Of a stretch of 64,000 nucleotides of DNA, positions 19,462 through 30,505 are shown piece by piece. Position numbers and translations under genes: made by a program. The DNA comes from an uncultured candidatus Porisulfidus sp. Lineage in GTDB: Bacteria; Pseudomonadota; Gammaproteobacteria; Poriferisulfidales; Poriferisulfidaceae. The DNA lies in NCBI GenBank assembly GCA_958431155.1, contig OY288106.1, positions 1,197,888 to 1,261,887 of the forward strand. The letters run 5' to 3'. The notes under the pieces were generated by a model. The model did no database searches, was not told where the DNA came from, and worked only from the letters and a program-made list of their open reading frames with translations. Every line of letters begins with the position of its first letter. The stretch's first letter is position 1.

Positions 19462-20886
19462 GTGCACCTGAGCCTGCCCGATTTCTCCAAGATCCATGCC
19501 CTGGTGGTCGGCGATGTGATGCTGGACCGCTACTGGAGTGGGAAAGCCGAACGCGTCTCTCCAGAGGCCCCGGTACCCGTTGTGGCGGTCGAGGATGAAC
19601 AGCTGCGCATTGGCGGTGCCGGCAATGTGGCCGTCAACATCGCCGCCCTAGGGGCTCACGCCACCCTCCTAGCCCCGATCGGACCGGACCAGCCTGGCCG
19701 TACCTTCACTCGTCTGATCCGCCAGCACGGGATCGAAAACCGCCTGATGGTTCAAAGCGGCATGACCACGCCACTGAAATTGCGGGTCGTCAGTCAACAC
19801 CAGCAACTGATTCGTCTGGACTTCGAAAAGCACGCCAGTTTCAACAAGACATTGTTTCGGAAACGGTTCCGCTCCGCCCTAAACCATTGCGATGTGGTGA
19901 TCCTGTCGGATTACGGAAAGGGCACGCTGGAGGATCCCCAACCGCTGATCAACCTATGCCGCCGCATGGGCAAACCGGTTTTCGTAGATCCCAAGCAAGC
20001 CAATTTCTCCGCCTACGCCGGCGCTACCGCCATCACCCCGAACCGGCAAGAGCTGGAGGCTGTGGTCGGTTCGACTCGTACCCTCAAAGCAATCTCCGAG
20101 CACGCCGAAAAACTCTGCCGCCGACACCGCCTGAAGGCGATGCTGGTCACTCTGGGCGAACAGGGCATGTTGCTGCAAAAAAGACGCGAGAGCATTCATC
20201 TTGCGGTGACCGCGCGTGACGTGTTCGACGTCACCGGCGCCGGGGATACCGTCATTGCCATGTTCGCATGCGCTCACGCCGCAGGACTGTCGCTGGAAGA
20301 AGCGATGCGATTGGCGAACCTGGCCGCGGGCCAGGTGGTCGGCAAGTTTGGAACTGCTTCCGTCACGCCGGATGAACTGAAACGGGCCATTCGCTTTGAG
20401 CGGAAAATGGAGACCGGCATCGTTCCTTACAACACCCTTCGTCGGCTGGTTCGGGAAACCCGGGAACTGGGCGAGACGGTGGTGCTCACGAACGGTTGCT
20501 TCGACCTCCTTCATGCTGGCCATGTCGCGTTGCTGGAACAAGCCGCAGAGCTGGGCGACCGACTAATCGTGGCCGTCAACAGCGATGCATCGGTCCGGCG
20601 CAACAAGGGCTCGGGCCGCCCGATTCAGCCACTGAAGTACCGGCAGAAAGTGCTGGCTGGGCTGGAATGCGTGGATTGGGTCGTGTCGTTTTCCCAGAAC
20701 ACCCCGGAGCAGTTGATTCGCGAGATCAAACCGGACGTGCTGGTCAAGGGCGCCGACTACAAGCCTTCCCAAATCGTCGGTAAAGAAGATGTCGAAAAGG
20801 CAGGTGGAAAAATCGTCGTCCTGCCGCTGGTGGAAGGCTACTCGACCACGAACCTGATCCAGCGCATTCGCGAGAGCGAGAAATAA
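19462..20886 (+). CDS. hldE: Bifunctional D-beta-D-heptose 7-phosphate kinase / D-beta-D-heptose 1-phosphate adenylyltransferase
   Basis: 474 aa, GTG start. N-terminal ribokinase-like domain (VVGDVMLDRYWSGKAERVSPEAPVPVV) and C-terminal cytidylyltransferase domain (TNGCFDLLHAGHV). Confidence 0.95.
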   Translation: MHLSLPDFSKIHALVVGDVMLDRYWSGKAERVSPEAPVPVVAVEDEQLRIGGAGNVAVNIAALGAHATLLAPIGPDQPGRTFTRLIRQHGIENRLMVQSGMTTPLKLRVVSQHQQLIRLDFEKHASFNKTLFRKRFRSALNHCDVVILSDYGKGTLEDPQPLINLCRRMGKPVFVDPKQANFSAYAGATAITPNRQELEAVVGSTRTLKAISEHAEKLCRRHRLKAMLVTLGEQGMLLQKRRESIHLAVTARDVFDVTGAGDTVIAMFACAHAAGLSLEEAMRLANLAAGQVVGKFGTASVTPDELKRAIRFERKMETGIVPYNTLRRLVRETRELGETVVLTNGCFDLLHAGHVALLEQAAELGDRLIVAVNSDASVRRNKGSGRPIQPLKYRQKVLAGLECVDWVVSFSQNTPEQLIREIKPDVLVKGADYKPSQIVGKEDVEKAGGKIVVLPLVEGYSTTNLIQRIRESEK

Positions 20887-20889
20887 CCC

Positions 20890-21897
20890 ATGACGGGCCA
20901 GGACTCGCGGATCCTGGTTGTTGCACAAGCCTGGATCGGCGATGTCGTGCTCAGCCAGATCCTGTACGCCTTGCTCAAGCGACAGCAGCCTGATGCCTCT
21001 ATTGATGTCGTTGCGCCCAACTGGGCGGGAGCCTTGCTTGAGCGGATGCCTCAGGTCTCCCGCCACATCCCTCTTGACGTCCGGCACGGCCAACTGGGTT
21101 TATGGCGACGGTGGGCCACGGCCCGTCGCTTGAATGCGGTCTACCAGCAGGCGATCGTCATTCCCCGGTCCATGAAGGCCGCGTTGTTGCCATGGGCCGC
21201 TGGCATCAGGAAGAGAATCGGGTTCGATTCCAGGATTCGCAATACACTCATCAATGATTCGCGTCCTCGGCCGCCGGACATCATGACCCGCATGGCACGG
21301 TTGGCTTCGCCGGATCCCGTAGACCCAAATTCCATCCCCCGGCCGAGACTGGAAGTAGACCCGGGGAAAACCGCCGATATCCTCCGGCAATGGGAGATAG
21401 ACCCCAGCGAGCCAGTGATCGGGTTAATGCCGGGTGCCGCCTATGGCCGGGCCAAGGAATGGGGCGTGGAATCTTTTTCCCAGCTAGCCGCCATGCTCTC
21501 GAAACACGGCAGCCGCATCTGTGTGGTGGGCACCTCGAAAGACCGTCCTTTAGGCGAGACCATCGCACGCGCCGCGCCGGAACGAGTTGTAAACCTGTGC
21601 GGGGAAACCAGCTTGGATCAAGCCATTCATCTGATTTCCGGGCTCGCGGCCGCAGTTTGCAACGACTCCGGGCTTATGCATATCGCCGCGGCCGTGGACA
21701 CTCCCGTAATCGGCATATACGGCCCGACCAGCCCCGACACGCACCCGCCCCTGACTGATACCCGAAAAATTTTCTCAGCACGGACCTTATGCAGCCCCTG
21801 CCACCAACGCACCTGTCCGTACGGACATCATGCCTGCATGACCCGAATCACACCGGAACGAGTGTGCGAGGCCACACTGTCTCTTCTGGACGGGTAG
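20890..21897 (+). CDS. waaF: ADP-heptose:LPS heptosyltransferase, probably heptosyltransferase II
   Basis: GT9 family. ILVVAQAWIGDVVLSQILY...IGLMPGAAYGRAKEW...NDSGLMHIAAAVDTPVIGIYGPTSP. Lies downstream of hldE. Confidence 0.8.
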   Translation: MTGQDSRILVVAQAWIGDVVLSQILYALLKRQQPDASIDVVAPNWAGALLERMPQVSRHIPLDVRHGQLGLWRRWATARRLNAVYQQAIVIPRSMKAALLPWAAGIRKRIGFDSRIRNTLINDSRPRPPDIMTRMARLASPDPVDPNSIPRPRLEVDPGKTADILRQWEIDPSEPVIGLMPGAAYGRAKEWGVESFSQLAAMLSKHGSRICVVGTSKDRPLGETIARAAPERVVNLCGETSLDQAIHLISGLAAAVCNDSGLMHIAAAVDTPVIGIYGPTSPDTHPPLTDTRKIFSARTLCSPCHQRTCPYGHHACMTRITPERVCEATLSLLDG

Positions 21898-21963
21898 TCT
21901 GCGTTGCTAAAATAATTGATTGCCCGGCTCCTGAAAGGCGGGGCGGGTTGTTGGAACCTGAAA

Positions 21964-22051
21964 GCCGAGATGGCGGAATTGGTAGACGCGCCGGACTCAA
22001 AATCCGGTGGGGTAGTCCCCCGTGTGGGTTCGAGTCCCACTCTCGGTACCA
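21964..22051 (+). tRNA. tRNA-Leu (anticodon CAA)
   Basis: GCCGAGATGGCGGAATTGGTAGACGCG...CCGGA-CT-CAA-AA-TCCGG, a long variable arm, GGTTCGAGTCC T-loop and 3' ACCA. Type II tRNA with a G1:U72 wobble in the acceptor stem. Confidence 0.85.
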
Positions 22052-22103
22052 ACGGCCATGACGGTATCATAGGCGGAATCTGGCACTCTCCTGAGCCTCT
22101 CCG

Positions 22104-22409
22104 ATGCCGTACTACAAGCGCCATGTTTTCTTCTGCGTCAACCAGCGGGAAGACGAAGCCTGCTGTCAGGATCATGACGCTCGCGCAATGCGGGACTACG
22201 CCAAAAAACGTTGCCAGGAACTCGGGATTCACGGGGCTGGACAGGTCCGGGTCAATCAGTCGGGGTGCCTTGACCGATGTGCCGAAGGCCCGATTATTGT
22301 TGTCTACCCGGACGGCATCTGGTACCGCTACCAAAGCCGCGCCGACATTGACCGGATTATTGACCAACACCTGATTCGCGGACAACCCGTCAAGGAACTG
22401 GAGATCTGA
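22104..22409 (+). CDS. Thioredoxin-like [2Fe-2S] ferredoxin family protein
   Basis: 101 aa with four Cys in a C..C....C...C arrangement (FFCVNQREDEACCQ...GCLDRCAEGPII) typical of NuoE-like/Trx-like 2Fe-2S ferredoxins. Confidence 0.6.
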   Translation: MPYYKRHVFFCVNQREDEACCQDHDARAMRDYAKKRCQELGIHGAGQVRVNQSGCLDRCAEGPIIVVYPDGIWYRYQSRADIDRIIDQHLIRGQPVKELEI

Positions 22410-23449
22410 TGATGGAACTCCGCCCGCTTGGCGACACGGGCCTGGACGTCAGTGCCATTTGTTTGGGCACCATGACATTCGGCGAACAGAACACCGAGGC
22501 CGAAGCTCATCAGCAATTGGACTGTGCGTTCGACTTCGGGGTCAATTTCATTGACACCGCCGAGATGTATGCCAGTCCGACCTGTGCGCGCACTCAAGGG
22601 CTCACCGAGCAATATATTGGCACTTGGCTGGCTTCCTCCCGCGTCCAGAGAGACCGGGTGGTGGTGGCAACCAAGGTAACGGGCCCCAGCGAATCCATGG
22701 GTTACCTGCGTGGCGGACCGCGCCTGAGCGCAAAACAGATCAATCAAGCGATCGACGACAGTCTCCGTCGCCTGCAGACGGATTACATTGATCTCTATCA
22801 GGTCCATTGGCCCGAACGCAACACCAACTACTTCGGGCAGTTGGGATATACGGGCGAGGACGACCAGGATGCCATCCCCATCGAGGAGACCTACGAGACG
22901 CTATACCGGCTGGTCGAATCCGGCAAGGTGCGGGTCATTGGAGTGTCCAACGAGACCCCGTGGGGCGTATCGGAATATCTGAGGCTTTCGCGGGAGAGCA
23001 CCGGACCCCGCATTGCCTCCATCCAGAACCCCTACAACCTGCTGAACCGGACTTTCGAGGTGGGTCTCGCGGAAATCGCCATGCGGGAGCGCTGCGGACT
23101 TTTAGCCTATTCTCCACTCGGATTTGGCGTCTTGACTGGAAAGTATCAGCGGGGTCGCCCGCGGGGTTCCCGGCTGCAACGCTGGAACTACTTCACCCGT
23201 TACACCAATCCGCAGGCACAAGCCGCCACTGCCAAATACCTTGCCCTATCCCGCCAATACGACCTGACGCCCGCGCAGATGGCCTTGAGTTTTATCCAGC
23301 AGCAACCTTTCGTCACCAGTGTCATTATTGGTGCCACCACAATCGAACAGCTCAAGGAAAATCTGGAAAGCGCCCACTTGGAACTGCCCCGCCAGTTGCT
23401 GCGCGAAATCGATTCCATTCACGAGTCTCAGCCCAACCCCGCGCCCTAA
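22409..23449 (+). CDS. tas: NADP(H)-dependent aldo/keto reductase, Tas-like
   Basis: 346 aa. LGDTGLDVSAICLGTMTFGEQNTEAEAHQQLDCAFDFGVNFIDTAEMY is the canonical AKR N-terminus; the length matches E. coli Tas. Confidence 0.8.
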   Translation: MMELRPLGDTGLDVSAICLGTMTFGEQNTEAEAHQQLDCAFDFGVNFIDTAEMYASPTCARTQGLTEQYIGTWLASSRVQRDRVVVATKVTGPSESMGYLRGGPRLSAKQINQAIDDSLRRLQTDYIDLYQVHWPERNTNYFGQLGYTGEDDQDAIPIEETYETLYRLVESGKVRVIGVSNETPWGVSEYLRLSRESTGPRIASIQNPYNLLNRTFEVGLAEIAMRERCGLLAYSPLGFGVLTGKYQRGRPRGSRLQRWNYFTRYTNPQAQAATAKYLALSRQYDLTPAQMALSFIQQQPFVTSVIIGATTIEQLKENLESAHLELPRQLLREIDSIHESQPNPAP

Positions 23450-23451
23450 AG

Positions 23452-24165
23452 TCACATCGGCGGCGACAATTTTGCCCCCGCCGTCTCGATCCATTTCCTA
23501 ACCCGCTCGTTCAACTGTGCCGGCTGCAATCCTTCCGTCGAGATCGGCGGCCCAATCCGAACCGTGACCTTTCCGGGTTTCTTGAGAAAGCCACGTGGCC
23601 AAAAATGTCCGGCATTGTGCGCCATCGGGAGGACCGAAACCTGGCTCTGCGTTGCGATATGTGCCCCTCCGGCCTGGTAGGGACGGTGTTGTCCCACCGG
23701 AACGCGGGTTCCCTCCGGAAAAATAACCACCACGTCACCACGTGCGAATCGTTCACGCGCCTGTTGCAGCAGACGCTTCAGGCTGCGAACCGGCGAACTT
23801 CGGTCAATGACGATCGGGCGGGTTAATGCCAAGCCCCAACCGATGACCGGAATCCACAGCAAAGACTGTTTGAGTACGAATGCCGGTTGCGGCAGCAAAA
23901 CCACCAGTAAAACCGTTTCGAATGCCGACTGATGGTTGGCCATAAGCATATAAGGCCCGGACTCCGGGATATTCTCACGTCCGCGAACCTCGTAAGTTAT
24001 CCCGCAAAATACCTTCGCGCTCCAAAGGACACATACGTTCCAGAAACTCAACAACCGATAGCACGGGCGCCGGGGCAGGCACGCTGCGATCGGCACAACA
24101 CCCACCGCGATTAAGGTGGCGACAAACACACCGAAATAAAAAAAAGTAGAGCGGATGGCGGACAT
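23452..24165 (-). CDS. plsC: 1-acyl-sn-glycerol-3-phosphate acyltransferase
   Basis: Start taken at MSAIRSTFFYFG (the listed ORF extends upstream in frame). NHQSAFE (HX4D variant) and FPEGTR motifs are present. Confidence 0.8.
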   Translation of the reverse strand: MSAIRSTFFYFGVFVATLIAVGVVPIAACLPRRPCYRLLSFWNVCVLWSAKVFCGITYEVRGRENIPESGPYMLMANHQSAFETVLLVVLLPQPAFVLKQSLLWIPVIGWGLALTRPIVIDRSSPVRSLKRLLQQARERFARGDVVVIFPEGTRVPVGQHRPYQAGGAHIATQSQVSVLPMAHNAGHFWPRGFLKKPGKVTVRIGPPISTEGLQPAQLNERVRKWIETAGAKLSPPM

Positions 24166-24175
24166 CCGGCTGCGC

Positions 24176-24724
24176 TCAGGATGATGAAGCCAGCAGTTTG
24201 TCCACGTATGAGTACAGGTCGTCGTATACCGGAACGTCGGCCGGAAGATCCTTGTCTTTTTCTGTCTTCTTACCGTATCCGGTACGTACCAGAATCGGAC
24301 GTGCGCCCGCCGCAATTGCTGCCTGGATATCTGATAGTTTGTCCCCCACTGCTGGCACATGGGCCAAATCAGTCCCGCAGCGATTCGCGATATCTTCGAA
24401 CATGCCGGGGTTGGGTTTACGACAATGACTGCCCGCGTCCGGGGCATCCGGGCAGAAGAAGATGGCATCCACCCAACCGCCGAAGCGGCCCAGCGAGTTG
24501 TGCATTTTCTGATGAATCGTGTTCAGGGTGTCCATATCGATGAGGCCACGACCGATTCCCGACTGGTTGGTCGCAAGTACCACCCGGTAGCCTGCTTCGT
24601 TCAGGCGGGACACCGCCTGCATGCTGCTGTCGATCGGCACCCATTCTTCCGGCGTTTTGATGAAGTCTTCCCGTTCCTGGTTCAGGACTCCGTCTCGATC
24701 CAAAATAATCAATTTCATGGCCAA
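24176..24724 (-). CDS. gmhB: D-glycero-beta-D-manno-heptose 1,7-bisphosphate 7-phosphatase
   Basis: HAD motifs LIILDRDGVLN, ATNQSGIGRG and GDKLSDIQAA, plus the characteristic C..P......CRKP zinc loop. Confidence 0.85.
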   Translation of the reverse strand: MAMKLIILDRDGVLNQEREDFIKTPEEWVPIDSSMQAVSRLNEAGYRVVLATNQSGIGRGLIDMDTLNTIHQKMHNSLGRFGGWVDAIFFCPDAPDAGSHCRKPNPGMFEDIANRCGTDLAHVPAVGDKLSDIQAAIAAGARPILVRTGYGKKTEKDKDLPADVPVYDDLYSYVDKLLASSS

Positions 24725-24732
24725 AATGTCGT

Positions 24733-26826
24733 TCAGTCTTGCAAGCGCGAAAAATCCGCGATTCCCAAAAATAAATCCTGCAGACCCCGCAGAAGGCGCA
24801 AACGATTATGACGTATTTTTTGATCTTCCGCCATTACCAGCACCGTATCGAAGAAAGCTGAAACCGGTTCGGCCAGCCCGGCAAGCGTATCCAGCGCTCC
24901 TTCATGGCGGCGAGCCGCGCAGTTTTTCAACACTTCATCGCGCACTACGTCGAGTTGATCCGCCAGCATGCGTTCCGCTGGCTCCACCAACAGCTCAGGG
25001 TCGACATCTCCATCGCTTTCGTCCGCTTCGCGCAGGATGTTCCGAATCCGCTTGTGCGTTGCGACCAGAACTTGTGCCTGCGGCCGGTTCCGGAAATATT
25101 CCACCGCCTGCACCCGCCTGAAGGCATCCAGCGGACGCGTCGGCCCAACCGCCAGAACCGCTTCAATGGCATCCTTGGATTGACCTCGTTCAACCCCATA
25201 TCCGCGCATCCGGTCAGCCAGGTAGTCCAGCACCGCCTGAGGAATGCCGCCGGCGTGAAAAGACTTCGGATATCCTTCGATCGCCTGCACCAGGCAATCT
25301 TCTAAGTCCAAGTCCAACTCGCACTCCACCGTCAAACGCAAGACACCATAGGCGGCACGCCGGACTCCCAGCGGATCCCGGGTCCCAGTGGGCACCTCGC
25401 CGATAGAGAACACGCCAGCCAGCATGTCCAGCCGGTCGGCGAGCGCCAACACTTGGCCCGGCAAAGTCTCCGGAAGAACATCATCCGCATACCGCGGCCG
25501 GTAATGATCCGAAATCGCTTGGCAGATTGCGTCCTGTTCCTTCTCAATGCGGGCGTAATGCGCACCCATGACTCCCTGAAGCTTTGGAAACGACTGTACG
25601 ATGTCCGTACCCAAATCCGCTTTGCACAGGCGCGCTGCACGACACACGGCTTCTACATCCGCATCTACGCTCCGGGCCACGTGTCCGGCCAATTTCTCAA
25701 TCCTCTGGACGCGTTCAAGCAAGGTGCCCAGTTTGCGGTGAAAAACCACCCGGCCTAGGTCTTCGACGCGAGATTCGAACGGCCTCAATTGATCCCGTTC
25801 GAGATAAAAGGCGGCGTCCTGGAGCCGTGAATTGACCACTCGCTCGCATCCCACCCTGATTTCCCCATTGACGTCCGGAAGGTTAGCAACTGCAAGGAAA
25901 TGCCGAGAGAGAACGCCGTCTGTCGAGCGGGTGGCGAAATACTTCTGCTGATCCTCTAGCACCGCGCGGACCACTTCTTCCGGTAGACTCAAAAATTCCT
26001 CATCAAAGCATCCCGCCACCGTCACCGGGAACTCCGCACTGGCGCAAACCTCCTCGAGCAGTACTTCTGACCGAATGGTTGACACTTTGAATTCGGCCTC
26101 GAATTTCTCGATCTGCTGCAGTACTTCCTGCCTGCGTGTTGTCGCCTCCACCCAGACGTGGCCTCGTTCCTTCAAGGCGGCCTCATAAGCGTCGGCATCC
26201 GTCAGCTCGATCTGTTTTTCTCCGAGAAAACGGTGCCCCTGCGTAACTGCGCCGCATGCCAGATCCATGACTTCTCCTGCGACCGGCTCGCGACCGTACA
26301 GCAACACCACCCACCGGATAGGACGCAGGAAACTTGTCTCCCGCGTGCCCCAACGCATGCGTTTCGCCAACGGCAATCCCGCCAGGACGCGATTGAAAAT
26401 TTCCGGCAACAGTTCTCGGCAATCGCGGGGTTCGATCACTTGTTCGAACGCGAGCCATTCCCCTTTTTCCGACTTCAGGCGATCCTTTCCGTCTTTCCAA
26501 CGCTGCATCTGCTTTGCATCGGCCTGACATCCCTTGGCAAAGCCGAGCAATGCGCGAGTCGGCTCGCCTTCCGAATCAAAGGCCGCTTCTACCGAAGGTC
26601 CTTTGCGTGTTTCGGTGGATCCGTCCGTCTGTGCCGCCACTTTTTGAATCTGCAACGCCAAGCGTCTTGATGACGCATACGCCGTCACGGCCCGGTCGAA
26701 CGGAAGAGCCGCATTTTCCAGTTCTGCGACAACCCCGGCCACCAAGGATTCCTTGAGGGTTTCCAAAGAGCGGGGCGGGAGTTCTTCCGTGCCGAGTTCA
26801 AACAGCACGGTCCGGGTTTCAGTCAT
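24733..26826 (-). CDS. glyS: Glycine--tRNA ligase beta subunit
   Basis: Start at [18 protein letters not shown], which aligns with E. coli GlyS FLVEIGTEELPP. About 697 aa; overlaps the glyQ stop by 4 bp. Confidence 0.95.
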   Translation of the reverse strand: MTETRTVLFELGTEELPPRSLETLKESLVAGVVAELENAALPFDRAVTAYASSRRLALQIQKVAAQTDGSTETRKGPSVEAAFDSEGEPTRALLGFAKGCQADAKQMQRWKDGKDRLKSEKGEWLAFEQVIEPRDCRELLPEIFNRVLAGLPLAKRMRWGTRETSFLRPIRWVVLLYGREPVAGEVMDLACGAVTQGHRFLGEKQIELTDADAYEAALKERGHVWVEATTRRQEVLQQIEKFEAEFKVSTIRSEVLLEEVCASAEFPVTVAGCFDEEFLSLPEEVVRAVLEDQQKYFATRSTDGVLSRHFLAVANLPDVNGEIRVGCERVVNSRLQDAAFYLERDQLRPFESRVEDLGRVVFHRKLGTLLERVQRIEKLAGHVARSVDADVEAVCRAARLCKADLGTDIVQSFPKLQGVMGAHYARIEKEQDAICQAISDHYRPRYADDVLPETLPGQVLALADRLDMLAGVFSIGEVPTGTRDPLGVRRAAYGVLRLTVECELDLDLEDCLVQAIEGYPKSFHAGGIPQAVLDYLADRMRGYGVERGQSKDAIEAVLAVGPTRPLDAFRRVQAVEYFRNRPQAQVLVATHKRIRNILREADESDGDVDPELLVEPAERMLADQLDVVRDEVLKNCAARRHEGALDTLAGLAEPVSAFFDTVLVMAEDQKIRHNRLRLLRGLQDLFLGIADFSRLQD

Positions 26827-27704
26827 TCCGTGCCCAAGGGGAAATTCAGGGCCTCGCGCGAGGCGCAATAGGCTTCCGCGATTTTCTGTGCCCGGCTACG
26901 GATCCGCAGAATGTACTTCTGGCGTTCGGTGGCGGAAATCGCATGCCGCGCATCCAGGAGATTGAAGAGATGCGAACATCCTACCAACTGCTCGTACGCC
27001 GGCAACGGGAGATTCTGATCGACCAGCCGATCGCATTCCTGTTCCATTTCGTCGAACTGGCGGGACAATTTTTCCGTGTCGGCCTGTTCGAAGTTGTAGG
27101 CCGACTGTTCGACTTCGTTCTGGTGGAACAACTGCCCATAGGTGATCGGGGCCGCCCCCCCATCATGCCAAATCAAGTCAAAAACACTGTCTTTCCCCTG
27201 CAGGAACATTGCGATCCGTTCGACACCGTAGGTCAACTCGCCGAGCGTCGGACGACATTCCAGTCCTCCCGCCTGCTGGAAATACGTGAATTGGCTGATT
27301 TCCATGCCGTTCAGCTGCACCTCCCAGCCCAGACCCCAAGCTCCCAACGTCGGGGATTCCCAGTCATCCTCCACAAAGCGAACATCATTTTCGCCAAGTG
27401 CAATACCCAGCTCCTCTAGGGACTTTAAGTACAAATCCTGGATATCATCCGGCGAAGGCTTGAGGGCCACCTGGAATTGATAATAGCGCTGAAGACGGTT
27501 CGGATTCTCTCCATAGCGTCCATCCGTCGGTCGCCGGCACGGCTGTGCGAACGCACACCGCCATGGCTCCGGGCCGATTGCCCGCAGGAAAGTTTCCGGA
27601 TGGAAGGTTGCCGCTCCGATCGGCAGGTCGTGCGCAGGCAAAATCGCGCAACCCTGTGCCGCCCAGTATTCTTCCAGTCGACGGATGAGATTCTGAAGCG
27701 TCAT
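26823..27704 (-). CDS. glyQ: Glycine--tRNA ligase alpha subunit
   Basis: [48 protein letters not shown] is the highly conserved GlyQ sequence. Confidence 0.95.
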   Translation of the reverse strand: MTLQNLIRRLEEYWAAQGCAILPAHDLPIGAATFHPETFLRAIGPEPWRCAFAQPCRRPTDGRYGENPNRLQRYYQFQVALKPSPDDIQDLYLKSLEELGIALGENDVRFVEDDWESPTLGAWGLGWEVQLNGMEISQFTYFQQAGGLECRPTLGELTYGVERIAMFLQGKDSVFDLIWHDGGAAPITYGQLFHQNEVEQSAYNFEQADTEKLSRQFDEMEQECDRLVDQNLPLPAYEQLVGCSHLFNLLDARHAISATERQKYILRIRSRAQKIAEAYCASREALNFPLGTE

Positions 27705-27788
27705 TTTGTCAGCGGAAAACGGAGCCCTACCGAATAATCCAAGCCAGTTCGGACCGATTCGTGTCGGTTAGTTTAGTCGAATCTGGTT

Positions 27789-28976
27789 TTACTTCGTCAC
27801 ATCAAAAATCTTGCGATGCTCCGCAAGAATGTGCCGGTCGCTCAAACTCGCGATGTAATCGGCAATAACCCTGGCTTGCCCCGCCCCGCCACGAATTGCT
27901 TTCTTTTCAGATGCCCGGCAGCACAATTCCGTCGGCAACAACTGCGGACGGTCCATGAACACGCGGAACAACTCCCGAATCACACGGACAGCCTGACCGG
28001 TTGCCTGTGCCAACTGGTGGTGATGGTAGTACTTCTCGTGCAGCAATCGGGTTACTGACGCAAGTTCGGCACGCAATTCAGCACTGAATCCAGCCAGTCG
28101 CTCAGTACAGGCACGGACGGCCTGTGGCGAATCCGGTCGCGCCTGTTCAATCCGCTTTCCGGTAGCAAGGATCAGATCCACCATCATGGCCGTAATCATG
28201 CGCCGGTTGGCCTCATGCAGCAATGCATGCCGCGATAGCTTCGGCGAAGCTTTGCACGCTGCGTCGTAGGCACGGGAAAACAGCCTCAAGTCCCGTACCT
28301 CTTCGAGATCCAGAAACCCCAACCGCAAACCATCGTCCAGATCATGGTTGGTATAAGCAATCTGGTCGGCAAAGTCCACCAACTGCGCCTCCAGGGTCGG
28401 CGAGCCGCCTTTGAGGAAACGTTCCCCCAGCGGCCCCAGAGTTTTAGCAATTTCCTTCGGGCAGCGCTTCAGCACCCCCTCACGTGTCTCAAAACTCAAG
28501 TTAAGACCACGAAACTCGGCGTATTTATGCTCCAGTTTGTCAATCACGCGCAATGACTGAAGATTGTGCTCGAATCCGCCGTACTCTTTCATGCAGTCGT
28601 CCAGCGCATCCTGTCCCGCATGCCCGAATGGCGTGTGACCCAGATCGTGAGCCAGCGCGATCGATTCGGACAGGTCTTCGTTGAGACGCAAGGCGCGCGA
28701 CAGCGTGCGCGACAGCTTGGCCACTTCGATGCTGTGCGTCAGTCGAGTGCGAAAAGATCCATCCGCATGATTCACCATGACCTGGGTCTTGTACTCCAAG
28801 CTTCGGAACGCGGCGGCGTGAATGATCCGGTCGCAATCACGCTGGTACAGCGTTCTGAATTTGTCCGGAGGCTCCGAATACTGCCGCCCGAGAGAATTGA
28901 ACTCGCTGGCCGCGTAAGGAGCAAACCCGGCCTGATCCGGCCCGCCGTCCCGCGCTTCCAGCAAATCGACTGCCAC
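27789..28976 (-). CDS. dgt: dGTP triphosphohydrolase-like HD-domain protein
   Basis: YQRDCDRIIHAAAFRSLEYKTQV...RLTHSIEVAKLSR...HDLGHTPFGH, the HD motif of the Dgt family; 395 aa. Confidence 0.85.
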   Translation of the reverse strand: MAVDLLEARDGGPDQAGFAPYAASEFNSLGRQYSEPPDKFRTLYQRDCDRIIHAAAFRSLEYKTQVMVNHADGSFRTRLTHSIEVAKLSRTLSRALRLNEDLSESIALAHDLGHTPFGHAGQDALDDCMKEYGGFEHNLQSLRVIDKLEHKYAEFRGLNLSFETREGVLKRCPKEIAKTLGPLGERFLKGGSPTLEAQLVDFADQIAYTNHDLDDGLRLGFLDLEEVRDLRLFSRAYDAACKASPKLSRHALLHEANRRMITAMMVDLILATGKRIEQARPDSPQAVRACTERLAGFSAELRAELASVTRLLHEKYYHHHQLAQATGQAVRVIRELFRVFMDRPQLLPTELCCRASEKKAIRGGAGQARVIADYIASLSDRHILAEHRKIFDVTK

Positions 28977-28980
28977 AGGC

Positions 28981-30090
28981 TCAACGCACTCCTGCCAACG
29001 TGGCCGACAACAGCCGCTCGTCCACTTGGTCGGTCACTTCCGCCTGCCCAATTGCCCGCATCAAGATGAAACGTTGCCGTCCCCCGACATTCTTCTTGTC
29101 ATGCCGCATATGGACACGCAATTGCTCAACCCCCAGTTCTTCCGGCAGCCGGGTCGGCAACTCCGCGCGGCCGACCAGCGCCTGTATCCGCTCGGCTGCC
29201 TGAGCCTCGAGCCAGCCCATCCGGACCGACAGGTCGGCGGCAAGCACCAGACCGCAGGCCACTGCTTCACCATGATTCCACTGTGCATAGCCCTGCTCGG
29301 TTTCGATCGCATGCGCAAAAGTATGACCCAGGTTCAGCAACGCGCGGGTACCGGTGCGTTCCCGCTCGTCGGCAGCCACAATTCGCGCCTTGCTGGCGCA
29401 GGACGTCTTGATTGCGTACGTCAAGGCTTCCGTCTCCAGCGCCAAGACTTCCTCAAGGTGCTCTTCAAGCCACTCGAAGAATTCCGCATCGTCAATCAAG
29501 CCGTATTTAATGACCTCGGCCACGCCCGCACGCATTTCACGTGCCGGCAGGCTGCGTAGCGTCGCTAAGTCGATCAGCACCGCCTTCGGTTGCCAGAACG
29601 CACCAATCATGTTCTTGCCGAGCGGGTGGTTGACGCCGGTCTTGCCGCCAACCGAAGCATCCACCTGTGCCAACAATGTTGTCGGAACCTGCACAAAATC
29701 GACGCCCCGCATATAAGTGGCGGCAGCGAACCCGGTCATATCACCGACCACGCCTCCCCCCACCGCGACGAAGGTCGCACCGCGCCCCAGTTCCTGCTCC
29801 AGAAGCCAGGTGTAAAGCCCGTTCAGATCTTCCAGCGTCTTGTGCTGCTCCCCGTCCGGCAGCACGTAGCATCCACGGCAAGCCGGCCCCAAGGCCTCCG
29901 CGAGAGGCCGGGCATACAGGTTTTCCACTCCCGGATGCGTCACCAGCACGACGTCGGACCCCACCAGAGGAGCCCAGCGTGCGGCATCTCCAAGCAATCC
30001 TTCGCCGATCAGAATCGGGTACGAAGCACCCTTCAGGGCAACGGTCAACTCATGCACAAAAAACTCTGCGGACTCGAACCTACGTTTCAA
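28981..30090 (-). CDS. aroB: 3-dehydroquinate synthase
   Basis: YPILIGEGLL..., GGGVVGDMTGFAAATYMRGVDFVQVPTTLLAQVDASVGGKTGVNHPLGKNMIGAF matches AroB closely. Confidence 0.95.
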   Translation of the reverse strand: MKRRFESAEFFVHELTVALKGASYPILIGEGLLGDAARWAPLVGSDVVLVTHPGVENLYARPLAEALGPACRGCYVLPDGEQHKTLEDLNGLYTWLLEQELGRGATFVAVGGGVVGDMTGFAAATYMRGVDFVQVPTTLLAQVDASVGGKTGVNHPLGKNMIGAFWQPKAVLIDLATLRSLPAREMRAGVAEVIKYGLIDDAEFFEWLEEHLEEVLALETEALTYAIKTSCASKARIVAADERERTGTRALLNLGHTFAHAIETEQGYAQWNHGEAVACGLVLAADLSVRMGWLEAQAAERIQALVGRAELPTRLPEELGVEQLRVHMRHDKKNVGGRQRFILMRAIGQAEVTDQVDERLLSATLAGVR

Positions 30091-30133
30091 ACGAAATTGT
30101 ATACTGCTTGGCTCCCAACCAGGTCAACGCGCC

Positions 30134-30505
30134 ATGACAGAAACATTGCTACTGACCGCCGGCCGTCACACCGTTACCATCACCTGTTACGACACACCCA
30201 CTGCGCAGGCGATCTGTGCCGCCCTACCCATCCAGTCCGAGGTTCGCACCTGGGGACAGGAAATCTACTTCGAGGCACCCGTCGAAGCCGCTCTTGAAGC
30301 CGATGCCCGCGATGTGGTGGAGCCCGGCGAGATTGCGTTCTGGGTGGAGGGCCGGTGCATCGCGATCGGTTTCGGGCCCACCCCGGCTTCACGCGGCGAC
30401 GAGATCCGGCTGGCCGCGGCGGTCAACATCTGGGGGTATGCGGACGATGTCCACGGTTTCGCCGCCTGCCTTCCCGGCGACCCGGTCATGGTGCGCCGCG
30501 CATGA
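30134..30505 (+). CDS. Cyclophilin-like-fold protein of unknown function
   Basis: 123 aa. GEIAFWVEGRCIAIGFG motif seen in the cyclophilin-like superfamily (DUF-type). Inserted antisense between aroB and aroK. Confidence 0.45.
   Translation: MTETLLLTAGRHTVTITCYDTPTAQAICAALPIQSEVRTWGQEIYFEAPVEAALEADARDVVEPGEIAFWVEGRCIAIGFGPTPASRGDEIRLAAAVNIWGYADDVHGFAACLPGDPVMVRRA

Noticed and set aside
21828-22385. ORFs 21916..22374 (+) and 21828..22385 (-) spanning the tRNA-Leu(CAA) gene; likewise 50019..50294 (-) over tRNA-Leu(CAG)
   Set aside because: They overlap tRNA genes and real flanking genes (waaF end, ferredoxin-like gene). No coding signal.
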